A DNA stretch of 64,000 bases from Lingula anatina (Eukaryota; Animalia; Brachiopoda). Within the stretch, counting starts at the first letter, position 1; every line of letters starts with the position of its first letter. The notes beneath the pieces are model-generated. The model was not told where the DNA came from and did not search any database. It worked only from the letters and a program-made list of their open reading frames with translations. The stretch lies in the NCBI GenBank assembly GCA_051362555.1, contig CM120645.1:7006001-7070000 (forward strand), read 5' to 3'. This document shows, piece by piece, positions 35,701 through 48,138 of this stretch. Position numbers and translations under genes: made by a program.

Positions 35701-36327
35701 TGTGCACACCTTGCCAGGGCTTTCAAAGAACAAGTACGTATCAGATACCTGGGTATCAAGAAAGTACAGGGATCAGTTTGAATAATTTTGCTTTGAAGGG
35801 AACCATGTGTTGGCCTAGCTGGGAAAAATATTTTTTCTTGTGAGAGGAATGGGTTGCCAGGCTCAGGACTTGGATAAGGAAAGAGCACAAAGATGAAAAA
35901 GCCCAATAAAGCAAGGCAGATATAAATCAGTACATAAAAACAATTTTAATGTTGTATGTGAAATATATGGGCTCAGTGATGGAGAAAAATTGTTTGTCAT
36001 TAAAGTGGTTTTGTCTCAGTTTGTACATTTTTGAGGGGTTGGGGGTAAGAAAGCTGGTGTGGGACGTGATTCTTCATACCCCCTCTGGCTTTGCCATTGC
36101 TGTCCATTCAGATCACGTAGTTTTAAATTTAAATTACTATAATTATTATATGGTCCTTGATTGTTTTCTCTCTTTCTTTCTCTCTGTAGGACATAGATGG
36201 TCAAGCACTGCTGTTGCTGAGCCTGCCAACACTCCAGGAACACATGGAACTAAAACTGGGACCTGCAATCAAACTGTGTCACCATATAGAGAGGGTCAAA
36301 CTGGCTTTCTTTGAACAATTTGTATAG
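26704..36327 (+). CDS. SFMBT: Scm-like with four MBT domains protein (4xMBT, SLED, SAM), SFMBT1/2 type
   Basis: About 16 exons, approx. 26704-26724, 28481-28595, 28879-29323, 29718-29821, 30237-30477, 30663-30751, 31100-31340, 31571-31672, 31967-32222, 32435-32798, 33217-33296, 33726-33960, 34260-34435, 34770-35350, 35611-35733, 36190-36327. Four MBT repeats (GMKLEV...HPIGWC; GMRLEV...HPIGWG; GWKLEL...FPIRWA; GQKLEA...FPVGWC), SLED ([25 protein letters not shown]), SAM (NPLHWSV...[10 protein letters not shown]...KLGPAIKLC). The N-terminal exons are less certain. Confidence 0.95.
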
Positions 36328-36379
36328 GAATCATCCACTGTCTTTAGTAATTTGAGGGGTCGGTTATGATAAGTTGAAA

Positions 36380-36558
36380 GTTATACCTTAATCATGGATT
36401 TCTGAATTATGAAAAATGCTTGTCACTTGTTGAAAGAAATTGAGAAACATAATAAGAATGGTTGGTTATAATGAGATGAAGGTTATACCTTAATCATGGA
36501 TTTCTGAATTATGAAAAATGCTTGTCACTTGTTGAAAGAAATTGAGAAACATAATAAG
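36380..36558 (+). repeat. Direct duplication (~77 bp, 2 copies, period ~102 bp) in the SFMBT 3' UTR
   Basis: GTTATACCTTAATCATGGATTTCTGAATTATG...GAAACATAATAAG at 36380 and 36482; degenerate third fragment near 36638. Confidence 0.9.
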
Positions 36559-38983
36559 GTTGAGTAGTAACAATTTATTTTCAGAAGTGCTTGCAGCTAG
36601 TTCATATACCAGGCTAAGCCTTGTTGACAAAGTCATATAATCATGGATTTATGAATTAAAAATATGAGGAAAAAGTCAAGAATTGCAAGTTAAAATGTAA
36701 ATCAATAGGCTTATTATTTAGAAGCAATTTTAAATAGCGGTAATATGTGCTCAAACTGTTCAACCTTGTATGACTATGATATAATGATTTTTTAAAGATA
36801 TTTTTGTTGGACTTCATGGAGGTTGCTTAACACAGGGTTCAAGACAATCCAACTCTCAGGCTAGAAATGACCTCGTAATTTGCAAAATGTCTCTTCGAAA
36901 TTTTTTGCCAAAGTCACTTTCCTGATTGAGAGGTTACTTTTTAAAAACATTGAAAAATGATTCTATCTAAATTTCTATTAAAATGCCACCATGACAGAAG
37001 TTTTTGGTAGTTTTTAAAGGGGAATTTTATGTCCATGCATTTTTGATTTTGTTAATCAAGTTCGTAATTGCCCACTTAATGTGCAATGTATACATGAAAA
37101 TTCCATTTTACTATGCCATTGTTGATGTTGAAAAGATTAAAAAAATTGCTGAGAAAACATTTTAAAGGTTTTTCATCCAAATTCATTCAGCAGTTTCTGA
37201 ATTACCATTACTCCATTATGATTTGGTTTTATCAGATTCAGAACTTCTGATGGATTCTGATTGATGGAAGTTAAGTGTAGATAAAAACTTCGAAAAGATG
37301 CTCCATGTAGCATATATTTTATACCAGACAATGACCGTTTATTTCACACAACCAGTGATGAATAAGGACACGGTAAACATTTTTCTTTATTTTAAGCCAG
37401 GGGATATAAACTTTTATTAACATTTGGTGAAAAATATAATTGTATTCTGATACTAGTCTATCCAGTCTATTGATGTTGGTGCCAGATATCAGTAATGAAC
37501 TGCGACCAATTGGTTTAGCAGCAGGCTTCACTCTTAGTTGTGTTCACATCTGGTTTCACAAAGACCAATTGGGTAAAAAAATGGCTGCCAGACAAACTAC
37601 AGAGTCTGACAGCAAACCATATGACATTAACCAGTTAATATGATATTTACTAACTAATAAAAATCTCCAGTGTTCAGATGGACTGGTACGGCTATGGTAG
37701 GAGGTTTTAGTCTGTCGTTTATTTTGATCATTTTGTTGGTTTGTCTAGTTGCAGGAAAGTTTAACCTGATGTGAATTTTCTTTAAGGCATTTGGTTGCTA
37801 GATAACAGTGATTTGCAGTGAAGGAAAATGGAGGGCTATAATTCAGACAGTATATGAGGAAAAATCTGAGTTGTACACAAATTTCTAGACATAATTTTCA
37901 TTCTGTCATTTTTTGGAAAACAAACTTTATCTCTTGTGATAATATGCAGCTTTGTGAAGCTGCTATTTTTCTATGCAATGAAAAGACTATTTGAGCAGCT
38001 GCAAAAAATTAAAAAGGAAGAATGGGTTGTGAATTGATTTTAGTTCATATGAATTACACCAGACTTCAAGTTAAAGGTGCAAGTGGGTATTCTTTGTCTT
38101 GGTGTTTATATAATTTTATTCAAGAGGGTGGTTATATTTGCTTAGGTACATGTAATATTTGGCAAAGGATCATTCTCTTAATTTTCCCATCTTACTCTAC
38201 CGACATTGTTAATGTGTAAAAACGAACAGTATACCCACTATAATAATATAATTTTCCTTGTGGAAATGTACATGTTTTATGAAATATTTGACACAGCTCA
38301 CTAGTCAAGTCAGTTGTATAATGCAGTAGGTTTGTACTGATTCTGTAGATATTGGGAAGGGGGGAGCGATGGTATAAAATGTCAATGGTAGCTAATTTTA
38401 AAACAAAAATTGTGATTATTTTTTATACATTTGTCATTCTCAAAAAAAGGTAATAATAATAATGTACATGACAATGATATTTGTTCAAATGTACTTGTAT
38501 GTACTTCCAGTGAATTGATTTGTAAAAATAAAATTGGTAAGGAAGTTCCAGTTGTTCAGAGTTGATAAGATATTAATGTCAGGAAGAACTTGATTATATT
38601 GATTGGGGATTGCCTGGATCGACAAAGAACATTACTGCAATAATGTGGGATTTTCCAGTGCTCTGTAATGAAAAATACCCAGTTTCTAGGGTGGCAATAT
38701 AGAAGTTGTAAGGTTGCGTAAGGCCCTAACAAATAAATTTTTCAAGAAAAACTGTTCTTAAGGGAAACTTTGTGATCAACTTAGGTCACCAGCTTCTGAA
38801 CTGCACCCAGACACGGGAACTTGTACAGTATTGCATTATGCCTTTTTGTATTTTTTGAAATTATAAAATTAAAGACCAGTGGATTATATAATTAATTTCT
38901 CCATTATATTTTAGGTGCTGGTGTTTTAAAATATAGTGGCTTGCTTAAAGACCCCCCCCCCCCTCACCACACCCTCCCATACC

Positions 38984-39097
38984 ATAATATTTGATGTTAA
39001 ATTCACGTATCAAACCAAAAATGACCACAGTTTAGATCACCCTTCTGACACTGTGGTCATTTTTGGTTTGATATGTGAATTTAACATCAAATATTAT
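38984..39097. repeat. Near-perfect 48 bp inverted repeat (hairpin)
   Basis: ATAATATTTGATGTTAAATTCACGTATCAAACCAAAAATGACCACAGT and its reverse complement with one mismatch; 18 nt spacer. Confidence 0.9.
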
Positions 39098-39632
39098 AAT
39101 CACTATCACCTTATCCAATGGTCAAGCGCAAAAATGACTGCTTGAATTTTCCATATAACCTGAAGCTTGTAAAAAAGACTAAATATCAAAATCAGAAAAT
39201 TGTGTTCAATCAATTGTGTTTATTCAATACAATAACCTGATTCAGAAACCACAGGGAGGAAAAACAATTGATTTTTGATTTCACTTGGCAATGTATTACA
39301 AGGATATATATAAATACAAATCCATAACAATAATATATTTGGATCCAATGTATTAGAAAGATTAGATATGACCAACCCTACTTATCACTTATTCGGTTAA
39401 AAAATGGGGGTCCCAGGTCATATTATGATCTAAAACTTCCTGACAACTCAACACATTATCAAGTTGAACACCATCTGAGCTGGAGCAAGACCATGAAAGC
39501 AAGTCCACCTAAACTGTAACTTTCCTAAAATATACTTTAGCTTGCCATCATTTCTGACGGCTATTGTTTCAGTATTCTCTGTTAAGTTTTGCACCACTGT
39601 ATTATTTTAATTAGTTACAAACAAACAGTTTG

Positions 39633-40642
39633 TCATGTTTTCTTTGCTGCCTTGGCATCTGCTGCGGCCTGTGCAGCTTTCTTGGCTTTCACCATCTCAG
39701 CCAGCTCCTGGAAAAATAAGAGGAAACTTGCTTTAAGCCCTATTCAGTGAGTTACAATAACTGAAATAAAATGACTACTGGCAGTTAAGCATTCCCTAGT
39801 TTTACCCTACTTTTGCATAATTTTTCAAAATGAAGATAAATTAAGGTTTGAATCTGTGATTTGCATTTGAGTGACTACTACTCCATGGCTTTCATACTCC
39901 TTAACTTAATGTTAAGGAGATTTCGCAACAGTATTCTTGACAACAGAATGCTTATTATTTTCACAGCAAAACGAAGTGTTTAAGTATTTACTCTAAAAAT
40001 TATGAATCTGGTTGAGCTTTTGAAACATTTCTTAACCCCAAATGTTGATAATATTATAATTGCACTATTTTTACCTTGTATCTTTTCATGCAATCCTTCT
40101 TACTTCTGGTGGCTATCGTTTCTGCTATTCTATCCCAGCGGTCTTTCACGCTTGCAGGGAATGTTTTTAGGGCTTGCTCCAGTAACTTCTGCTCTTCTGT
40201 TGTCCATGGAGCAGGGTTGGAGCCTGTCTGGGCCACCTGTTGTTCTCCTACAGCTGGAGGAATGAAAATGAAATGAAAGTGTAAGCAACAGTGTTGCAAT
40301 CAATCATCCTGTGGGTGCTTTTCGTATGAAATTGTATTATAATTCTTGATCGCTGAAATACATATTAATACTCCACTTACATTAAAATACCATATTAGGT
40401 TTTTATATTAATAAGATACACCACAGTTTTCATTTATATAATGATTGCTCACAAAAAAATATGATCAAGTTAGTGTCTGCTTTGATAATGTTCATTAAAC
40501 ATTCTTGGTACTCATAACAATATTCAAAACAAAGATGCAGAAAATCACACGAAATCATTCAACTTTCTTATTTAAAATTAAATTTCAACAGAGTGTTGTC
40601 ATTTCTTGCTGGCATTAGCATCATTAAGTTATCAAAAACTTT

Positions 40643-40683
<41 letters not shown>

Positions 40684-43600
40684 CATTACATGTATCTACT
40701 TTCAGACAAGACCACACTTACATTCTACCCTTTCTGAAGGCTTATCTCCTACTTTTGCATTTTTCTTCTGTTCTTTTTCTTTCTGCAAGATCTCAAAGGC
40801 TTTCTCATTGACTAGTTGCTTCTGACTTTCATCCATTACTGGAAATTTTAAGTTGTGAAAACAAGAGATCAATGAATTCAATATTTAGTAAAGGCCCAAT
40901 CTGGAAGAAGCATTATTCTTAAAACCATTCTATTTAAGGATCAGATGGCAAAGTCAGGCACAAAAAATGCTTCAACAAATTTTCTTATAATGCTCAGATG
41001 TGCAGCACTCTTCATTCTCTGCAAGTCTCAGGCCATCATCGAAATATTAATACATCTATCATATCCAAATACACTTGTGTCTTTGTAACATATTTTCTGC
41101 ATTACTGACCATTCTTCTGCAAGGCTTTGGCTTGTCCTAGGACTTCCTTGGGGGTCCTGTTGCTGCCCTCTACATGTTGGTTGATGTAGTTTGCTATCAC
41201 CTCCCACCTGATTGATATAAGGTGAAGTTTTATAAAAATGATGACAGTCAAAGTCACTTTATTTAGAAAATAAATGTAATGTGTTTCTGTACAGATTAAC
41301 AATACCTTACCTTTGTTTAGTTCCAGCAGGAAAGAGATTCACAGCCTTAATAAGTATCTGAGTTTCTTCATCACTCCACTGCTTGGCTCTGGCGCCTGCA
41401 GACCCGCCTCCACTGTTCTGTTTCTTGGTAGCTTCAAGCAGCTTCTGTTTTTCTGCTTCTCTTTTATCGTCCAGTTCTTTCACCTGAACATGGTATCAAA
41501 TAATTCTTTAGGGTTTTGTTTATGCACTGTAATTGAAACACTGATTGATAAACAACATTTAATTTAGAACTGTGTCATTTGAAAAATACTACCAGCTAAA
41601 ATATCATAAATCAAATCTCTGGTCTCAAATCTAATGTAAAACAGACAAGTTGATCCCTGCTGCATCTGATGTATAGTAACTAAGTTTCTAGGATTGCACA
41701 TACTTTTTAATGACTTGTCTTATGTCTAAAAACATTTTCCTTTTTGCAAAATGGTAGTGATATTGGCAAAAAGGACAAAATCGCTTCTTAAAGCACCAAA
41801 TAAATATTAAATTAATTCTGTTCAACTTTCATGAATTTGCTGAAACAAATTTTATATAATAATTTCATTCATCTATCTGTCACTATTTTTTAACTTGCCT
41901 CAGCTGTGAAAGCCTGTGATGCCCTCTCTTTGTCCCCAGATGTGAGAGCCTCATTCAACGACTGTAAACTAGAAAAAAAAAAAACAAAAAAACAAGCACA
42001 AATCAAGTTTCTAAAATATTAGGGCATGGTCACTAGATTTCTTTACGTTAAAGAACAGGAGACAAACAATCTTCTTGCTTTTAATGTTTGCCACAGTAGC
42101 AGGTGAAAATGACTAGCAGGCACTACCAGTATCAGCTTGCCTGTGGTGCAGGGGATCATGAGATAACTTTATTCCTACATTCAGGTGATACCAAAAATAT
42201 TCTGAAAACATTGAGTAAACTGTTCTCACCTCACTAAGCACTTACCACATGGAAGGTGGGTAATACTCATTATTGTGAGTGATAATTCTGAGCAACACCC
42301 ATGCAAAAGTTTGGGTGGTATGTAAGGGAAATTGATTCAGGGTTGAAAAGTTCCATGAAGACCAGGCTTAAATCATAACACTGGCTGATCTTATTGAGGA
42401 TAAAAGGGTTTTCATCTTAAACATCTAACTAAATGCAGTTCTAAACTATGTCACTTGTGTGTCATTCAAAATAATCAGTTTCAAAATTCCACACTTAAAC
42501 AGAAATATTACTTACCTTGTTAAAGATAGCATATCTGCCAATTTTTCAACATCAGCCATGTTCTTTACACGCTCTGCCTCATCAGCAGCAAAGTAATCAA
42601 ACTCCTGAAAAGTGCACACAGTGAGATAAAATTTTTATTATTGTTGTTATCAAAACCAAACAAATTACAGTTTATGAGATAAAATATCAGTTAATGTAAA
42701 GAATAGCATTGATGATATCTTAACTCATCAAAGTACACGACACCTTATTGTACAATGCAAGGGCAAGATTAAATATCAGAGTTAAAGGACTGAGAGTGTC
42801 AAATACACAAATGAAAAACTAACAAATAAATCAACCTTTATGATTGTCCTTAATGTTTTTCTTTCCTTCTTTAAAATCTTTTTCATTGCTTCCTTTTCCT
42901 TCTTGGCAGCTGCAGCCTAAAAAAGTGGAAAGAAAAAATTGTATGAATGCCTTGAATATGTCAATTTCACACACAAATCAATTGCTTTAATTGTTAAATA
43001 TAAAGTCTGGAAAGTTGGGATGCACTTTGCATAAAGACTATAAGATAATGTATAAAAGGAAATCTATTATAACAGTAAATCTCCTGTAAAAGTAATATAT
43101 ACATACAGATAAATCATAGTTACTTATACAATTTAGAAAAACATCCAACCTGAGCTTTTGCTTCCTCTTCTTCTTTCTCTTTTTGTTTTCTCTCGGCTTC
43201 TAACTCCTCTTCTTTTTTCTGTTAAATGGTAAAATATTTTTCAGAGCATTCTGAACAGAATTGAAAATGAACAGTAAATGGGAACATTCTTACCTTTCTC
43301 TGTTAAACTCTATTGCTATAATCATGTATGACTATGATTTTAAATTTTGTTTTAAAGATCCTACTTATATTTTCAAATTCTCAGAACACACAAGAATTGT
43401 ATATATATTTAGTAAAGATGAAAAGCAAGACAATACAGTAGCAAATTATTTAATTATATCTACCCTTTTCTCTTCCTCTGCTTTTTGCCTTGCAGCTTCT
43501 TGCTTTGCACGTTTCTGTGCAAGCTTCTTCTCTTTTTCTTCATCTTTAAACCTCTGTATTCTTGGATCACAGGCATATGCATTGTCTTTTTATTAAAAAA

Positions 43601-46600
43601 GAAAAATAAGTTTAAAAATATCAAATTTGAAATTTATTTGGAAAAAATATTATAATAATATTTGTGACAACAGATTAAAATTACATGAGATGTCCCACTG
43701 AAATATAAATCACAAACAGCATAAATGTGAAGATAAGATTGGCATAGGAATTTTCAGTCAGAATTTTAAAGTTACTTAAACTGAATCTTAAAAACTTGAT
43801 GAAGTATAGAATGACATGATTAAATAATATGTATGTTTTGTTCACAATGAACATGGGTTTTTATTGGTTTTCTTTATCATGATACTTAAAAATGCTTTCT
43901 GTATCATTACAATTTTCAACACCTTGTGTGGTAAAAAACTAAGTTTGTGTAAATTACTTGCAGTAATAATGCTGCAAATCAAAGTATTAAACTAAATAAA
44001 AATGTTGTGAAAAAATTATCAATATATTAAAATATAGGAGGAAATTAAAATGTCAGACATCTCACCTACTAACAGTCGTATCCTTGTCACCTCTTCCTTT
44101 TTTCTTTTGGCACGGGCAGCTTTGTTTTGTCTCTCAATCCACTTTCTTTCTTCACGACTGAAATATAAATGCTTCTAAAATTATCTCCATTGAACAGATA
44201 AAAAAAAATCTTTTTAAATATTGCCAAAAAAAAATTTTGGTTGGAAAAAATACTTTTCCCAAAAGTATTATTCCCAAAATATCAGATTCTACAATTTCAA
44301 AATATTATCATTAATTTGGCTATAATCATTACATAGTAACAGTATACTCACTCTTGGCCCTTCTCCTTTTCTTCTTCATCTAGGTAAGAATACTCTCTCC
44401 AAGAATCAAAGTCATACCTAAAAAGTACAGAATAATACAAATGGCAAAAAATGCCCCATTCCATTAAACTTTCCAAATTTGTCAGCACCTTACTGGGTTG
44501 GCTGGCTATTAATTTCATAAGTGGAATTAAAACTGTACTGACAGTGGTCTACAAGCAAATTATCTGACACACACCTTTGAACTGAACAAAAATTATATTA
44601 AAGTTTAAAGATATTGCATTCACATCATATGACTGTTATTTGAAGGTTATTTTTGGTTTGAATTTTTCTGAAATAAAATTTCTAAACTGGATACATCACA
44701 AATGTATCTGTAATACAAGCCAATCTTTTGTCTGTTTGTTTATATCACATTCATACCATTTTAACAACAATACAACCACATAAATTACAAGTACATTACA
44801 CAACATTTTGTGAAAGAACTTGTTCACAACAAAGTGACCTAAACCATAAATACTCTCTACATTCTTCAATTATGATTTTTAAATTCTAGGGAATAATGGG
44901 GATACCAATGTAATTTGGCCACTTGTTTACGTGAAGTGGTTTGTGAGCCCAGCCCAAAACAGTGGGAATACATGTACCTACCAAAATGCATAGAAGTCAT
45001 TAACTTCATCAAAAGATGAATCAATGTCTCCTAACTGTGGAACAGGCTTCTTCTTATTTGACCACCTATGTGAAAAATTGAAAGGTAAAAACCTATCTGT
45101 CAGCATTCAAGGCAGAAAATCAGGATGTTATTTTTACAGTTAGAATGAACTTCTGCTTATTCATTACAAACATTCAACTGTTGGCATTTTTTAAACTTAA
45201 AAAACTTACCAAACACATGGAAAGAAATATAACAAGTTTTCACCTCTTTTCACTCAATTCTCCAAAATAAATATCCTAATAATTTACCTGGCATTAGCTT
45301 CAAATACAGGTCTGAAAACTTCAAAGAATTCTTCTTTGTCTTTGTTATCTGATGACACTTCCGGTACATCATCATCAAACTGAGGGTCTACGCTGTCATA
45401 AGATCTACGCTTGACACGGTTTCCCAGAATTTCATAGGCTGAAGTAATGATATAAACTTATCTTGTTGTTGATACTAAAGAACAAGAAAACTACAAAGAA
45501 AAAAATGTTTAACAGAAAAGACTCTTCAATTGTTTCAATGATAGTTTGAGAGTCTTCAAATGTGTTTCAGTAGAAGTTTTTTATAGACTTCCCTACTTTT
45601 CAGGATCAGGAATCATAAAGGGTAGTGAACAGTAAAAACTTGCCAATTAAGACAACAAAATTCATCAGGGCTTTTGCCAGCAGTTAGTGAGTACTATTTA
45701 TTTGACAATTTTAATTGTGATTCTTGCACCAAACCGGTCGTCACATGACTAAGCACAGGAAAATGTAAGTGTATAAATAGTCAGTGGGAATAGAAAATTA
45801 ATACAGACAAACTCACAATTAATTGATATCTTTTCCATGTCCGTGATAAGCTCCTTACCTCTAGTTATACATGTGAAATAGTCATCATCTCCCTCTTTCA
45901 CATTCTCCCCTCTGGCTTTTCTCTTGTCAGGGTGATGCTTTAGGACCTTCTTCTTGTCTGGTAAGCAGCAAACACAACAAGAACACAGAATAATGCAATA
46001 ACTTAACACTAAATATTTATTGAATTTGGAGTGGACAAAATGAATAAATAACTTTATTTTTAAACATTGGCAATATTTAAAGAATTTGATTAGAATTTTT
46101 TAAACTCTTGGGTCTGGGTAGAATGCACATTTTTGTGACTGTTTTAACATAACTAATCTTAAAAACATAATTCTTTTTTTTTTTAAAGTGGGACATTTGA
46201 AAATTTCAAGAAATTAAAAATCAAAAATTTAGTATATGTACTTTATCATATCCTGGTGTAATTTCAAGAGTGTAGTGCTCATAAACAATCAGGTTTTAAA
46301 TGCACCAATCTGTAATATAATATTTCTGTGCTGTTTTTTTAGACAATACAAGAATGAAGCCCTGCTTTGTATGCTGGTGTAATTTCACGAGTGTAGTGCT
46401 CATAAACAATCAGGTTTTAAATGCACCAATATGTAATATAATATTTCTGTGCTGTTTTTTAGACAATACAAGAATGAAGCCCTGCTTTCAACTATAATGT
46501 AACGATTGAAGGTCTCAGATGAGGCCAAAAACTTTGGCCAGTTATTGTGAAGACTTTGTCTACAACTTGCTTAGTGCATGGTTTCATTTCAGCAATAAAA

Positions 46601-47960
46601 TCTTTTTTCTTTTCTAAAAAAAAAAAAATCATGTTAACACAACCCTGAGTAAGCTACTAAATGGTTCATATCACTTACATGCTCTTTTTATTTGCTCCTC
46701 TGTGGCTTTATATCTCTCATTTTTTAAACCAAGAACAGCATAATGGTCTTGTTGCTGGAAAAAAATACTTTCCGATAACAGTATGAATTTAAAATGAAAT
46801 AATACTATCTGTGAGATTAAACATTCAATGTTTACAACTTTTGAAAAATTTTAATGCATAGGTAAGCAGCCCAAATCATATGCCTACCCATCATATTTAA
46901 ATAGGATCAAGTAAATCTTACTTGTGTCACAAAAACAACCATATCATCAACCTTAAGATTGAAAATACAAGGAGTTTGATGGCTGGTCACACAGAAAACA
47001 TCACTACTTGCATATATGTCATTGCAAATGGTGAAAAACATATTTAAGATATTCAAATTCATTTAATAGAAAATATCCAGTCTATCTCTGTGTCTCAACA
47101 TTAGGAACAGCTTCTTCAGTGACATATCATTTTGTCATCTGGTAATGTGAATTGTAAGTAAATATTTACATTTTCAGTTTATGTAGTTGTCAATGTGATT
47201 TATACCTTCCACTCTTTAGGGTCCAGTCCCTTCAACATAAGCTCATCCTCTTCATCTGTGGAGGCATCGCTGATATTTTCCTCAGAGGAGGAAGATGTCA
47301 ATGTTGTGTGTGACAGACTCTGTTTATTTCTTCTCCTCAAGCAGTAGGCCTCAAACCATCTTCCTACTGGCTCTATGGACACCATTTGCAGGGCTGGAAA
47401 AGAAACACATACATGTTAAGCAACAGACTGTCTAGTGGCTGAAGCAATGATTAAAAAAATTGAATTGTGTAAATAATGTAAATTGTAAAAGTTGCTTCTT
47501 TTTTCATTTTACATAAATTTGATTTCAAAGTGACAATGTGCAGGAATGACAGTAAAAGGAAATGAGCTAAGAATTCAATCCCATCCTTCTCCAAATTTTT
47601 AAAACTTTGTTCCTCTCCAAGAACTAAGATCAGGCTTTCCCCACAGAAACATGAAGTTCCTACCTAAATTATTATGAAAGTTAGTATAAAAGTATGTAAA
47701 TTGTATATTGTAAATTTTAGTGCACATTACTTGGCATATATAGAAAACATACTGATGTATTCAATATAAACACAAATAAAGCCTGTGCCACGTTTTGCTA
47801 AGCTTCAGATTTTTAAGTGATAATAAAGTGTGGTGGAAATTGAAAGATGGTCATTTAGGTCCAGGCAAGAGCTGGACTGTAGCTAAAATAAAAACTGCAT
47901 CTCACGTGAAATTTTAGCGACCACCATGCTTCTGTCCTCTTCGGCTGGTGGGCTATCCAT
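39633..47960 (-). CDS. DNAJC2: DnaJ homolog subfamily C member 2 (MPP11/ZRF1, zuotin family)
   Basis: About 18 exons from ATG 47960 ([10 protein letters not shown]) to TGA 39633. [11 protein letters not shown]; [16 protein letters not shown]; J domain with HHPDK; [21 protein letters not shown]; AYACDPRI; charged coiled region; two SANT/Myb domains ([12 protein letters not shown]; [17 protein letters not shown]...RWDRIA). Confidence 0.97.
41484..41898 (-). other. GC-AG intron in DNAJC2
   Basis: Exon ends ...TTC ACA GCT GAG | GCAAGTTA (consensus GC donor) and joins in phase to CAG | GTG AAA GAA CTG. Confidence 0.85.
46253..46488. repeat. Tandem duplication, 2 x ~121 bp, DNAJC2 intron
   Basis: CTGGTGTAATTTCA(A/C)GAGTGTAGTGCTC...GAAGCCCTGCTTT repeated almost identically. 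Confidence 0.9.
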
Positions 47961-48138
47961 TTTCGTCACACACTTGTATCCAGTTGGGGTCTTCACTACA
48001 ATTTTAAGTTATTTCTAATTACATCTCAACAATGTTGCTCTCACATGTTTGCCGGAAACAGTGACCTATATTCTTCTTACCCACATTGCATTGCGACTCT
48101 TGTATCCTTTCTAAAGCGAGGCTAGTGAAATTTTGGTG
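47961..48138. promoter_or_regulatory. Very short bidirectional promoter DNAJC2 / ADP-ribosylglycohydrolase
   Basis: Only 178 bp between the inferred divergent ATGs; ETS-like GCCGGAAA at ~48051. Confidence 0.65.

Noticed and set aside
42225-42290. Weak hairpin in a DNAJC2 intron considered as snoRNA or miRNA
   Set aside because: Short imperfect pairing and no convincing C/D or H/ACA boxes seen.
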